Assembly: GCA_965197925.1 (NCBI GenBank)
Contig: CBDAOC010000019.1
Span: 96,001-160,000 of the forward strand
Length of the DNA stretch: 64,000 nucleotides
DNA from: Nitrososphaerales archaeon
GTDB lineage: Archaea; Thermoproteota; Nitrososphaeria; Nitrososphaerales; UBA213
Reading direction: 5' to 3'
Below the pieces are notes generated by a model. The model did no database searches. It was not told the origin of the DNA and saw nothing but the letters and a program-made list of their open reading frames with translations. This document shows, piece by piece, positions 1 to 11,771 of this stretch. Each line of letters opens with the position of its first letter. Position 1 is the stretch's first letter. The translations under genes were made by a program, and so were the position numbers.

Positions 1-125
1 TAGATCAAGGTGGTAATGGGCTTCTCAATGCAGGAGTAGATACTGATTAACTAGATGGCGATGATAATATTTTTGGCACGGAAGGATTGGACATCTGCAT
101 CAATGGTGAGTTGCTAATTAACTGA
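1..125 (+). pseudogene. 3' remnant of RTX/hemolysin-type Ca-binding repeat protein
   Basis: Frame 3 reads DQGGNGLLNAGVDTD*LDGDDNIFGTEGLDICINGELLIN*: GGxGxD-like repeats with an internal stop, abutting an IS end. Confidence 0.4.
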
Positions 126-1214
126 GACTTGGGCATAATTCAATTATAATATTATTTTGAAATTATTACTATTAGCTTCCCAACATATACTTCAATGCCC
201 TAAGAGGCCTTCCTGTCAAGTAGTTGTAGTAAACCATTACCTGATACAACAATACTGATAACAACACTATACTCCTTACCTTATCAAATCCTCTAACAGG
301 TAGTGGGTCTATATCAAATACATCCTTTATCTGCTCTATCAATGGCTCAACGCTTATGCTCCTCCGAGAATATACATGCTGTCCAAATTCAGAGTTATAG
401 AACTGCAGCAATGCCAGTCTATTATTATCTGTAGTATGCTTGTACCTTTCCAATGGGAATACTGGATGCCCTCTATACCTGCTGAAATCACATAACTTGT
501 GATCATCATATCCTTCATCTCCTACAACATACCTTACCATTCCTGTAGGCAATGAAGATGTTATGCTTTCATACATCCTGTTGTCAGTAATGTTAGCTGT
601 TGTGAAATCAGCTGATAATGGAACTATCAACGAGCCTGTGCTACATGCTAGATGCATCTTGTATCCGAATATCCATCCTTGGTTCTGCTGAATCCCCATC
701 GAGCATCTGTATCTATACCGGAGCGTGGCACTTCATTCTTCTTCATGTTTGATCTATGCCATACATGTCCCTTTGCTTTCAACAATGAACTGTCAACGGA
801 TACTATGGCTGGGTCTACCAACCCATCTTTTATGAAGAGCATACCCATAGCACCTATCCTTGATCTTATGTCAATTGATATGGTCTTGAACCTTCTGTCG
901 AATGTTCTTCTGTCTGGCAACCTATCAAGACCACATGCCTTCATTACCTTCCTGTTGTATGGCATGTCTAACGAAAAATATTGATGTAACACATTGTTGC
1001 CTGGTATTCTTACCCATACTCTAACGATGAAGCATCTACCATAACTGTAGGAGAATAGTAGAATGGTCTACCTCTTTTCCTATTAGGTTTTGTCCAAGGA
1101 ATCACGTCAATCAAAAATAATATATGAAGAAGTATGGAGTCTGAGCTAAACATATTACCAATGAAAATTGAAACCTGATCTTATCGATTCGAACTAAATT
1201 ACGCCTAAGCCTCA
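123..1214 (-). mobile_element. IS element (IS4/IS5 superfamily DDE transposase), frameshifted
   Basis: Terminal IRs tgagacttgggcataatt (123-140) and aattacgcctaagcctca (1197-1214), 15/18 match. Transposase ~172-1153 is split by frameshifts, with motifs VDSS, GYKMHL, GDEGYD and R..VEPL. Confidence 0.85.
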
Positions 1215-1567
1215 AGTAATTGTGAAATCACCTTTGCTTTTAGATAGCTTCATTAATGTTAACTCTTATAAACATGAAAAAACAGATGCCTACTTTTTCC
1301 ATTCATTGTTTGTAGTAATTACCAGTCTGTAATACAAAGATGAATGTTTCCAGACTTAACCTATTTTCGGTTCAAGTATAATAATGATATTTCTGAATTA
1401 CCATTGTTAGATTGATTAATAGGGAAAAAAGTTAGAACAAGATTAAATTCTCATTCATTGAAAAAAAGTAAGGGTTATGTAGCCATCCCTGTGGCTTGAC
1501 CAAAACAATAACTTACATCGTTTTTAGTGAATGATTAATATAACTTCCCACCATTGCAAGTTCGAGT

Positions 1568-4500
1568 ATGCAGTCTGAAAAATTCGACATCAAGGCCATA
1601 GAAAAATTGATGGGGGAGTACTGGAAAGGCATAGATTTACGCAATTTGTTAAATATGGAAGTTGATAATAAGAGAAAGATAGCATTCGTAGAAGGTCCTC
1701 CTACAATGAATGGAGAACCTCATATGGGTCATATAAGAGGAAGAATAATGAAGGACCTTTGGTTTAGGTTTTCAACTCTGCGAAAATTCAAAGTTATTTT
1801 TCGTGCAGGATGGGATACCCAAGGATTGCCTGTCGAACTTCAGGCTGAAAAAGAACTAGGATTAACTGGGAGTAAAGCCGAAAACCTGAAAAATGTAGGC
1901 ATAGAGAAAATTATAGAACAGTGTAAGAAACTTGTGCATAAATATAACGAAAAATGGATCGAAGCAGATAAGTTGCTTGGTATGTCCTTTGATTATGAAA
2001 AGGCGTATTGGACATACAGTGATGAATACATAGAACGTGAATGGAAGTATTTGAAAAAAGCATGGGAACAAGGCATACTCGTAGAAGGATTTCAAGTAGT
2101 TGCGTATTGCCCAAGTTGTCAGACATCATTAAGTCATGCGGAAGTAAGTCAAAGTTATGAAAAGGTTGAAGATCCATCGTTATACTACAAGGTTAAACTC
2201 GCCGATGAAGATACATTTCTTATAATATGGACAACTATGCCGTTCACAGTTGTTACGGATGAAATGGTGGGGGTTAATCCTAGAGCCGATTATCTTTACA
2301 TTAAAGTTAATAACGAAAAATGGATAGTTGCTGAGAACAGGCTTCAACCGCTAACAAATGAATTAGATATTAAGGAATATTCTATATTAAGGAAAATAAA
2401 GGGGATTGATCTTGACGGAACGAGGTACATACATCCTCTACTTGATATCATTCCTGGTTTAAAGAAACTCGTTGATAAAATACATATCATTATAGCAGAT
2501 GATTTTGTTGACATAGAAAGTGGTAGCGGTCTGGTTCACCTTGCACCAGCCAACGGAGTGGAGGACCTGAGGATTGCCAACACTAGAAAGCTGCCAATAT
2601 TCAATCCAATAGACGACCAAGTTAGGTTTACGGAAGAAGCTGGTGAATTCAGCACAATATTCGTGCGCGATGCAGACAAAAAGATGATAGAGATTTTAAA
2701 ACAAAGGGATGCTTTAATCAAGATAGGTAGGATAAAACACGAATATCCAACGTGTTGGCGTTCTCATCATAAAATAGTATGGTTGGCTAGACGTGAATAT
2801 TTCAATATGATAGAAAAACTAAAGGATCTCACAGTAGAAGCAGCTGAAAATGTAGAGTACTTTTACAATGAGCCAAAAAACAGGTTTATTGGTATGATAA
2901 AAGAAAAGGTTCCATGGTGCGTTTCAAGGGAGAGAGTATGGGGAACGCCTTTACCAATTTGGATATGTTCTAATTGCAATAACAAGACAGCACTATTTAG
3001 CAGAAAGGAGATTGCGGCAAGGGCAAGCAAAACACCTGACGGCGAAAACTTTGAGCTACATAGACCATGGATAGATAGAATAATAGTAAAATGCAGTGAA
3101 TGCGGTTCTGATTCCTACCGAGAACCCTTTGTGCTGGATACATGGCATAACAGTGGTGCTGCCCCATATTCTTCATTAACGGATAGCGAATATGAGGAGT
3201 TGATACCTGTTCCCTTTCTAACAGAGGGCATTGATCAAACAAGGGGATGGGCCTATACATTACTAATACAAAATGTTATTTTCAATGGAGATGCTATAGC
3301 ACCGTTCAAGTCATTTCTATTCCAAGGTCATGTTTTGGATAAAAAAGGTCACAAGATGAGCAAGAGCTTAGGAAATGCAATGGATGGAGTTGAACTACTG
3401 AAAAACCATTCGGTTGATTTAATACGTTTTTACAGTATTTGGAAAGCAAACCCTATCGATGCCTTGAACTTTGGTGTAGATGAAATTGCAAAGAGACCTT
3501 ACCAAGTTTTGAGTACAATCTACTATCTGCACACATATTTCAAAAGCAATAGCGGGTATGATAATTTCGATAGTGGTAAGAATTGTATAGAATGGGCATT
3601 ATCCAATGGGCTCATACTGGGACCTGAAATTTGGCTGCTCTCCAAAATACAGAAACTTATTGAAGTGGTTACTAGTGGATATGAAAAATGTAGGTATCAT
3701 GAGGCTGCAAGAGCGATTGAAGAATTTGTGATAAATGATCTCAGCCAAACTTACATACCCCTGACCAGAAATGAGATTTGGGATGATAGTAAAGAAAATT
3801 TGAACAGAAGATTGGCGATCTACGCTACACTTGATGAAGTTCTAAAGATAATCAATATACTTTTACACCCAATAAGTCCGTTTATCACTGAGCATCTTTA
3901 CCACACATGTTTCAGCAGGAAGAAAAGTATACTCTTAGAAGAATGGCCTAACAAGAAAGAAAAATTTGTAGACGAAAATGTTGAACACGCTTTCGATACC
4001 CTTAGGGAAGTAGTTTCTGTTGCGGGGACTGCAAGGATGAAGGGACAACTGAAGCGTCGTTGGCCCTTGAAAAATGCATTCATTTGTATAAACATGAATG
4101 ATATTCATTCATTGCAATCTTTACATGAGTATTTAAAAGCGCAACTGAATGTAAATGATTTCAAACTTATTGGTATAGAAAAAGGAGGTGTCGGTGCAAG
4201 TATACTCGCATTGATTACTAATGATTTACCAGTGACACCAAGAATATCACTGAAACGTGCACATATTGCACCCAAGGTAAAAGCAGACATCGGTCTGGTG
4301 CAGAAAGAATTTGCAAATATAGATCAAGTAGAATTCTTAAAGATTCTTCTAAACAAAGGAGAATTTGATCTTAATTATGGAGGAAAGCAAGTAACTATAA
4401 CCGTTGACGATATTGAAATAGGATATGAAACAGGAAATGGTTTTGTACTGGCAGAACGCGGAAATATGGTTGTTATGCTTTCAACTGTTCGTGACAAAGA

Positions 4501-4768
4501 ACTCACAGCTAAAGGTATAGTTAGAGATCTAGCAAGGAGACTACAGTCGTTGAGAAAGTTAAGGGGTTACAATCCTACAGATATACTCGACACTGCATAT
4601 GTGGCAAATCTCAGTGAAGAGATGATAGAACTCATTGTAGGAATGAAAGATGAACTAGCCTATTTGGTGCGAGTTAAGAATGTTGAGCTGATGCCAGATG
4701 CTAAACAAGGAATAAAATGGGAAGAGGATGAGATAGATGGCATGTCTGTAAGACTATCTATAGAATAA
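1568..4768 (+). CDS. ileS: Isoleucine--tRNA ligase (archaeal/eukaryal type)
   Basis: GPP..NG.PHMGH, GWDTQGLPVE, WTTMP, WCVSRERVWGTPLP, KMSKS; 1066 aa. Confidence 0.97.
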   Translation: MQSEKFDIKAIEKLMGEYWKGIDLRNLLNMEVDNKRKIAFVEGPPTMNGEPHMGHIRGRIMKDLWFRFSTLRKFKVIFRAGWDTQGLPVELQAEKELGLTGSKAENLKNVGIEKIIEQCKKLVHKYNEKWIEADKLLGMSFDYEKAYWTYSDEYIEREWKYLKKAWEQGILVEGFQVVAYCPSCQTSLSHAEVSQSYEKVEDPSLYYKVKLADEDTFLIIWTTMPFTVVTDEMVGVNPRADYLYIKVNNEKWIVAENRLQPLTNELDIKEYSILRKIKGIDLDGTRYIHPLLDIIPGLKKLVDKIHIIIADDFVDIESGSGLVHLAPANGVEDLRIANTRKLPIFNPIDDQVRFTEEAGEFSTIFVRDADKKMIEILKQRDALIKIGRIKHEYPTCWRSHHKIVWLARREYFNMIEKLKDLTVEAAENVEYFYNEPKNRFIGMIKEKVPWCVSRERVWGTPLPIWICSNCNNKTALFSRKEIAARASKTPDGENFELHRPWIDRIIVKCSECGSDSYREPFVLDTWHNSGAAPYSSLTDSEYEELIPVPFLTEGIDQTRGWAYTLLIQNVIFNGDAIAPFKSFLFQGHVLDKKGHKMSKSLGNAMDGVELLKNHSVDLIRFYSIWKANPIDALNFGVDEIAKRPYQVLSTIYYLHTYFKSNSGYDNFDSGKNCIEWALSNGLILGPEIWLLSKIQKLIEVVTSGYEKCRYHEAARAIEEFVINDLSQTYIPLTRNEIWDDSKENLNRRLAIYATLDEVLKIINILLHPISPFITEHLYHTCFSRKKSILLEEWPNKKEKFVDENVEHAFDTLREVVSVAGTARMKGQLKRRWPLKNAFICINMNDIHSLQSLHEYLKAQLNVNDFKLIGIEKGGVGASILALITNDLPVTPRISLKRAHIAPKVKADIGLVQKEFANIDQVEFLKILLNKGEFDLNYGGKQVTITVDDIEIGYETGNGFVLAERGNMVVMLSTVRDKELTAKGIVRDLARRLQSLRKLRGYNPTDILDTAYVANLSEEMIELIVGMKDELAYLVRVKNVELMPDAKQGIKWEEDEIDGMSVRLSIE

Positions 4769-4948
4769 TGAGTAAGAATATGGCTCTAATAAATATTCGA
4801 TTATGTCATTGTTATGATATCAAGGCAATATTTCTTATATCTTTATTCTGGTTATCCAGTAAAAAAGTTATTCCAATTGGCTAGTATAAAAAATAAATCC
4901 TGTATAACTAATACACCAAACCTATTTAACGAAATATCCAACCCGTTA

Positions 4949-5202
4949 TTTAGAGCTGTGATAGGAAATTGTAAAACCAAGGACCGGTCACAAAATTAGC
5001 CCTCACCCAATTTCTTCCACCAAACCAGATCTAGTATTACCTTATCACATCTCAATCTATGAAGCAAAACAAGGAAAAAATACCAACGATTTGGAAAATA
5101 CCGGATGATTTATGGAATGAAATGAAAAATATACTCATGTCAAAAGCCGGCAGATATAATTAGAAGACCTGTTTTACCATACAGAAAAGTGGTAGACATA
5201 AT
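4949..5202 (+). mobile_element. 5' remnant of IS5-family element, interrupted by the next IS
   Basis: MKQNKEKIPTIWKIPDDLWNEMK resembles the N-terminus of the 47641 transposase (MPTIWHIPDNLWKEFK). Confidence 0.55.
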
Positions 5203-6080
5203 CAACTCATCTCAAAACCCTACAATACATCAAAAATGATGCAAGATTAACAAATGCCAGATAGTTTTCTGCCGTTCTTTCATATCTGATCCTGGTTCTG
5301 TGGAACCCATTCTTCAACCAGGCAAAGAATCTCTCAACTACAAATCTTGTCTTGTTGTAATGTTTGTAATCATTATTTTGCAAGATGAATTTAGAATTTA
5401 TTTTGTATGGGATGCAACATGCAATATTTCTATCCCACAAATACATTCTGATGTATTTTGCATCATTTTGTCTGCATAAACTGATTCTATCTGTTGTATT
5501 GAATCATCATCAAGATAGTCTGAAATTGATTCTATAACATCCATGCATTTTGTACTTTGTGTCATGTTCATTTGCTGGACTCAACAGTATGGATATTGGA
5601 AATCCGTTACTCTCTACTGCGGCATGTATTTTTGTACCTGTTATTCTCTTGAATCCATTATATCCAGTTACATTGCCCCTTTTTTATTAGGAATGGATGA
5701 AGAGTCAACTGATATTTTTTGTAGATTAATTTTGCCAGATTTATGTGCTGAGTGAATAGTACGTGATAGAATCTTTTTCCAGATTCCTTTTTGTTGCCAT
5801 TTGTTTAACCTTCTGTTTGCAGTAGAATCATCACCATATCTTTTTGGCATATCGTCCCATCGGCATCCAGTAGTTAGAACATGGATTATTCCGTTAATGA
5901 TTTTTCTATCATCATCCCTAGGCCTGCCAGTTTTTGCATGTGGTGGTATGTGTGATTCTATCATACTCCACTGTTTGTCTGATAATTCTTGGAATTTCAT
6001 AAAATAATTTTAGATGTCGCTATTCATGGATCTAAATGGTCGCTAAAAATTGTCTAAATGGTTAGTTTTGAGATGAGTTG
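5203..6080 (-). mobile_element. IS5-family element (two-ORF, IS427/IS1031-like), second ORF degraded
   Basis: Perfect 16-bp IRs caactcatctcaaaac (5203-5218) and gttttgagatgagttg (6065-6080). OrfA 5668-6000 (GRPR.DDR..INGI..VL.TGCRW), AAAAAAGGGG slippery site, C-terminus RFVVERFFAWLK..R.RIRYE. Confidence 0.9.
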
Positions 6081-6651
6081 TATTTATTGGCATGTCAGAA
6101 CCAATATTTACAAACTTAATCAGGGTTAGATTACTTCACTGATAAGGAATTGGGTAGTATAAGGAAACCAATTGAGAGAATATATTGGTATAATGGGGAA
6201 TTATCTTCTTGTCGTATTACAATTCCGGCTGCTTGTAGCTTCATTATCAAGAAAATTCGTATGATGCATGTGATTTCTAATCATGATGCGAGGTCATGGG
6301 AAAGTCAACCAATATGACATTAACTGGAAAATATTCTGTTATCGAACTACGTAGTAGATGTTCGATGGAAATATTATCAGAACATTTCCTCTATGGTATA
6401 GGTAATTGATTTACCCACGTTTATCAACGCACTGCAATAAGTTAAAACCATGGTCTAAGAAAAAATAAGGCAAACCTTTGGAAAGTATGAGATTAACTCA
6501 ACATATACAAAGCGGAACTCTAGTCCTACGAACCAAAAGAGAGGATGAATTATAAAGAATAATAGATGATTGTGAAGCCTTTTATTATTGTGGTTGTTTT
6601 TGTTATTGTTCAACGATGACTGCATTTTGGCACTAGTATTCTATTATTCCA

Positions 6652-7218
6652 TTACACATTCTTCTTAAATTTTTCAACGATTTCCTTTGTCCTTTCACGT
6701 TCTGATTGTGAAGGTTTTGCTACGTTCGTGTTCATTATCCAATATTTTCCACTATGGTAGACAAGTGGTTCCTTATTTGAATTAGACACATCAACAACTT
6801 CACCAACAAACATTGTATGATCTCCCAGAGAAATTTCATGTAATAATTTACATTCAGCATTCATTGCGGTGTCTTTAATCATGGGTGCTTTAATCTTATT
6901 TGCTTTGTAAAATTCAAATCCAAGTTCCTTAAGGGCGTTTATCTTGTCGTACTCTTTACCGGAGTAGCCCCCAGATACACTGGACATGACTGATTGATCA
7001 TTAGCACAAAGATTCACTCCAAACTCTTTTGTGTGATTAATATTCTCATGAGTTGCGTCATGTGGTCTTATACAAACTGCTATCAAACCAGGGCTAAATG
7101 AGATATGATGGGTCCATTCGCAAGCCATTACCCCAGGTCCATTGGGACCATCACTAGTAATCAAACCTAAATTGGTTATGAATTTGTTTGAACTCTTATC
7201 CCCTAATGGTAAATCCAT
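6652..7218 (-). CDS. Flavin reductase family protein (DIM6/NTAB)
   Basis: SFSPGLIAVCI, T.ENI..TKEFGVN, ECKL....GDHTMFVGEV, PLVYH.GKY. Confidence 0.88.
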   Translation of the reverse strand: MDLPLGDKSSNKFITNLGLITSDGPNGPGVMACEWTHHISFSPGLIAVCIRPHDATHENINHTKEFGVNLCANDQSVMSSVSGGYSGKEYDKINALKELGFEFYKANKIKAPMIKDTAMNAECKLLHEISLGDHTMFVGEVVDVSNSNKEPLVYHSGKYWIMNTNVAKPSQSERERTKEIVEKFKKNV

Positions 7219-7747
7219 TGATTCTTATCTCCCTTCCTTCCTAGTTGCTATGGCCTTTTACCACTATTTTATTTTATCCAGATCTGATATAACAATATAA
7301 TTGCAGGAGATTTATTTTATTAGATTGAATTTTAATCCCAACATTCAAAGTATTTTGCACGAATTCTATCCATCAGAAAGTACCATGTATAGGAAAGGAT
7401 CCGATATTAGATCTACAAGATATTACACTATTTAAATAGCAATTGAGTGGGACAATTCTAGAATAATTTCAGTTAAACAACGCCTAACTCCTACATGTTA
7501 TATACAAGATGATCCGACCAATTTAGGGATAGGATCTAAAGTTACATTCAGAAAAGCTAAGAATACAGATGTCTGTGCGAGACGGTGTTAGCCACAATTA
7601 ACTTTCGTATATCGAACCATATTAGCAGATATAGAATTCTTGATATATAGTAGAATGACCGTATAATAAATAAAATCGTGTATGGTTCAAATGTTACCAA
7701 AGCACAACAAAACAATAAATAGTTAAATTACGATAATATAATCAACG

Positions 7748-10700
7748 ATGAAGATTCTAGCAGCTGTGATTTTATCGGCCGTGCTTGTAATGTCAGTATT
7801 TGCGTCCTCACAAAGCTTTGGTATGCACGATAACCATTCATCTTTGAAAATGACAATTGATAAAACTGATTATCTACAGGGCGAAACAATTGAGCTCTCT
7901 GGAGCAGTAACTCCACTTAAAGAAAATGTTCCCGTGCATATTGAAATATGGGATCCTTTTGGCGACAAGTATATTTTTACAGAAATTTTGCCCGAACAAA
8001 GTGAGGTGAACTCAGGCTCTTACTCTTACAATTTCAGTGTGGCTGAGGAAGCACCACTTGGAATCTGGAATATTCATGCAAAGTACTCTAGCCAATACAT
8101 GTCCTACGGCAGTGCAAATGCATTGTTCAGGGTTAGCGATAGTATAGACATTGTATCAACACCTTTAGCCCAAATTACTGTTGATGGAATTATTGATTCA
8201 AGCTCGGGAGAGTGGGCGCACAAGTATGACACCAAGCACTGGACGCCCTTTGTCTTTGATCCAAGAGAAATAGAGGGCAATATTGCCTTTAATGCTTATT
8301 ACGTTAATGGTATTTTATATGCGAGCTTCGATATCCCAGATAAGGTCTTTCACTCCAAAGACTTTGTAGAATTGGGAATAGATGTCAATAATGTTGGAGA
8401 AGAATTTCAAATAGGAGATGAAGTTTACATCTTCAAGATTTATAGAGATGGAACATACGAATCTTTCAGATTAGGTACCGAGCATGTTGTGGGTCAAGAT
8501 GCTAGTCATTACTTCAGCGCCAAAGCGGATGAGGCTGGAGATATCAGAATACAAATATTTGATCAAGACGGTAACTTTGTAGAAGCTTTTGAATCCCTAA
8601 GGAATACATCATCCAAATCATACAAGGGTGTATTGGGTGTTGCCGGAATAGAGGTTGATCAAGAAGGTAATCTTTTCTTGCTCGATAGTGACAGTGGAGT
8701 TGTAAGCAAGTTTGATGCACGGGGAGAGTTTCAAGGTGCTTTTGGTTCCTTAGGAACTGACATTAAGGAGTTTATTGATCCAACAGGAATTGCTTTGGAT
8801 TCTGAAGGAAACATTTACGTTGCAGACACAGGTAATGCGAGGGTTCAGAAGTTTGACAAACAATCCAAATTCGTAGGAGCCTTTGGTTCAATGGGAATTC
8901 TATCGGTTGGAATGATGCAGGCTGGAGATGATTCGGGAGAAAATATCCGTCATGATTTGTTTGAGAGTCCTGAAGGAATTACGGTAGATCCATCTGGTGA
9001 GATCTTTGTGGTAGATAGAAGAGCCGGCACTGTAAGCGTATTTGACGGGGATGGTAATTATGTAAAGTCGTTTGGCTCGTTGGTAAACCCCTCAAGTATT
9101 GCAATTGACTCACGAGGGTATGTTTATGTTGTTGAGCAAGGAAATAACAGAATAATAAAATCTGACCAGAACGGAAATATCATATTGACATGGGGGACCT
9201 TTGGGAATGATGATGGATTATTCAAGAACGCATATGGTATTGCTATAGATTCTGGAGACAATGTTTATGTTTCTGATAGTGTTAACCACAGCATACAAAA
9301 GTTTGACGGCAATGGTAACTTCATCGCAAAGTGGGGAACCATAGGTGTGAATCCAGGTGAATTAAATGGTCCACATGGCTTGGCAATAGATTCCTCAGAT
9401 AACATCTATGTTGCTGATGCCAACAATTATCGTGTACAAAAGTTCGATTCTGTTGGGGAATTCGTGATGGAAATGGGGACAAAGGGGACTGCCCTTGGGG
9501 AATTCAACAAGCCCAGAGATGTAACCTTAGACTCGGAAGGAAACATTTACGTTACGGATGTTTTTAATAAGAGAGTTCAGAAATTTGATGGTGACGGCAC
9601 GGTTCAACTGGAATGGGGTACAAATGGTGTTGGTAATGGTGAGTTTAGGGGACCATTCGGTATCGCAATAGATGCTGCTGATAGCATTTACGTTGCAGAT
9701 CCATTAAACAGAAGAATCCAGAAGTTTGACTCTGGTGGTAATATGCAACTGAGATGGGGAAGCGGAGAATTTAAAGAGGCCTCTTCTATCAGTGATATTC
9801 CTAATGATGGAAATTATATTGCAATGGAAAGTAATTCTCACGAACCTATTGGAGTGATAGATAGGAAACTTGTTAATGAAAATGGAGTAGGTTCTTACTT
9901 TATCGAGAGTGGGAGTATATGGAAAATTCAGCACATTTTCAGGGACACTGTATATATCAAATCTCTTGACTATGTAAGGAATGAAGATCCTGTTCTATCA
10001 TGGACACCAGACGGAATAGATGTTGATTCATACGGTAATGTGTACATAGTTGATAGGGAGAATGAGGTAGCAAAGAAGTTCGAACCCAATGGTAAACTAG
10101 TTTCAAAATGGGGATCAACTGGAGTAGGTGAAGGCGAGTTCTCAAAGCCGACAGCAATGAAATTGGATTCAGAAAACAACGTGTTCATCGTGGATACGGG
10201 TAACAATAGGATGCAGAAGTTTGATAGCGAGGGTAATTATATAACGGCTTGGGGTTCCCTTGGCGAAGAATCTGGCAAATTCAATGATCCTCGTGGAATA
10301 GATATAGATCGCCAAGACAATGTATACGTACTTGATAATGGAAACAACAGAGTGCAAAAGTTTGACAGTAATGGCAACTTCATAACTGAATGGGGTTCCC
10401 AGGGTTCTTCTTCAGGTCAATTCGATAATCTAAGCACTGAGGGAATAACTGTAGATCCAGAAGGTAGAGTCTATATTGCTGATCTACCGGGGGAGAATAG
10501 GGCATCTCACTGGATAGCTGAGGTGGCTATACCTTTATTTGCAAAGGGTGACACGTTCCGCATGTTTCTTGCTGAAGGAACATATGGTGATCATCAGGCA
10601 GTAGATCTCTCAAAAGCAGATTCTGTGAATATATACGATGTTTACAGAAATGCATGGCCATCAGGGGCAATATCGGTACTTCCAGAAACATGGGCCAAGG

Positions 10701-11743
10701 CTACACTGGTTGATATTGAAGAAATAAAAGTTGAGTCCGAAATAATTATAGACACAGTAAGATCATGTACAAAAGAAATTTGCAGTGACTTGAACGACTT
10801 TACCAATCCAGTGCCAACAGGTGACAATGTTATAGTTACATCAAGAGTTGTAGCTGATACATCCTTTGGTAAGTTCGAATATGATGGAACCCAAGTGACA
10901 CTCCAATATAGCCTAGATGGGGAAGAATGGACAGATGTAGACTCCAAGTTCGTACTGGTATCAAAAGAGGTTCCCGCAGCAGTAACCCTAAAGTGGACTC
11001 CGATGGACTCCGGTGAGGCAATGATTAGGGTAATATCTTCTGGTCTGCTTACAGAAGAATCCACAAGCGACCTTATGACTTTGAAAGTGGAGGAGTCTGA
11101 CTCATTCAAGATAAGGGCTAATGTGGAATGGTCACCAGATAGGATAATGCAGGATGAGCCAGTGGAGTTTGAACTAGAATTTACTGGTGCTGATGAAAAC
11201 ATGTTACAGAGTTTGAATTACGATTTGAGGATAATTGAAGATGATGTGACGGTAGCAGATCTGCCGTTGGTGCATATAGAAGATGGTAAAGATATGTTCA
11301 AGTATAGATTCAAACACTCGGGGTTGCACATCCTACAGGTGCATGTAAACGCAATTGGGGATGTAGATGACTTTATACCAATGAAGAAGATCTTCAACTA
11401 CAAGATTGATGTTCAACCAGTAGATACCCCATTGAAAGTAACTACTATACAAAAGGGAGAGGCTATGAAGATTAAGCTCAAGAATCGTGATATTGGTAAT
11501 CTCCGGTTGAATTCAATAGTTCTAAACCTTACAAATATTGATAAGGTCAATTTCAAACTTCCGGAGAGCTGGACAAGCAGTTTAAATACAGAATCAATGA
11601 CAATCCAATTTAGCACAGAGGAAAACCCACTTTCAGGTGGAGATTCTATGGAATTTATTGTAAGATCAAAAGCTTTTGTAAAATCGCTTTACAGTGTTTG
11701 TTGGGATCTTGAACAGTCAGCATTGGAAGTAAAGGTCTGCTGA
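7748..11743 (+). CDS. Large secreted NHL-repeat (beta-propeller) surface protein with Ig-like and DOMON/CBM9-like domains
   Basis: Signal peptide; about a dozen F..P.GIAIDS.GN.YVAD..N.RVQKFD..G.F...WG repeats. Confidence 0.88.
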   Translation: MKILAAVILSAVLVMSVFASSQSFGMHDNHSSLKMTIDKTDYLQGETIELSGAVTPLKENVPVHIEIWDPFGDKYIFTEILPEQSEVNSGSYSYNFSVAEEAPLGIWNIHAKYSSQYMSYGSANALFRVSDSIDIVSTPLAQITVDGIIDSSSGEWAHKYDTKHWTPFVFDPREIEGNIAFNAYYVNGILYASFDIPDKVFHSKDFVELGIDVNNVGEEFQIGDEVYIFKIYRDGTYESFRLGTEHVVGQDASHYFSAKADEAGDIRIQIFDQDGNFVEAFESLRNTSSKSYKGVLGVAGIEVDQEGNLFLLDSDSGVVSKFDARGEFQGAFGSLGTDIKEFIDPTGIALDSEGNIYVADTGNARVQKFDKQSKFVGAFGSMGILSVGMMQAGDDSGENIRHDLFESPEGITVDPSGEIFVVDRRAGTVSVFDGDGNYVKSFGSLVNPSSIAIDSRGYVYVVEQGNNRIIKSDQNGNIILTWGTFGNDDGLFKNAYGIAIDSGDNVYVSDSVNHSIQKFDGNGNFIAKWGTIGVNPGELNGPHGLAIDSSDNIYVADANNYRVQKFDSVGEFVMEMGTKGTALGEFNKPRDVTLDSEGNIYVTDVFNKRVQKFDGDGTVQLEWGTNGVGNGEFRGPFGIAIDAADSIYVADPLNRRIQKFDSGGNMQLRWGSGEFKEASSISDIPNDGNYIAMESNSHEPIGVIDRKLVNENGVGSYFIESGSIWKIQHIFRDTVYIKSLDYVRNEDPVLSWTPDGIDVDSYGNVYIVDRENEVAKKFEPNGKLVSKWGSTGVGEGEFSKPTAMKLDSENNVFIVDTGNNRMQKFDSEGNYITAWGSLGEESGKFNDPRGIDIDRQDNVYVLDNGNNRVQKFDSNGNFITEWGSQGSSSGQFDNLSTEGITVDPEGRVYIADLPGENRASHWIAEVAIPLFAKGDTFRMFLAEGTYGDHQAVDLSKADSVNIYDVYRNAWPSGAISVLPETWAKATLVDIEEIKVESEIIIDTVRSCTKEICSDLNDFTNPVPTGDNVIVTSRVVADTSFGKFEYDGTQVTLQYSLDGEEWTDVDSKFVLVSKEVPAAVTLKWTPMDSGEAMIRVISSGLLTEESTSDLMTLKVEESDSFKIRANVEWSPDRIMQDEPVEFELEFTGADENMLQSLNYDLRIIEDDVTVADLPLVHIEDGKDMFKYRFKHSGLHILQVHVNAIGDVDDFIPMKKIFNYKIDVQPVDTPLKVTTIQKGEAMKIKLKNRDIGNLRLNSIVLNLTNIDKVNFKLPESWTSSLNTESMTIQFSTEENPLSGGDSMEFIVRSKAFVKSLYSVCWDLEQSALEVKVC

Positions 11744-11771
11744 TTAACCAAAAGTACAGAGGAGTGGAAGT

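Noticed and set aside
1862..11616. Short antisense ORFs within ileS and the NHL gene (and similar shadows elsewhere)
   Set aside because: They fully overlap well-supported genes and lack motifs
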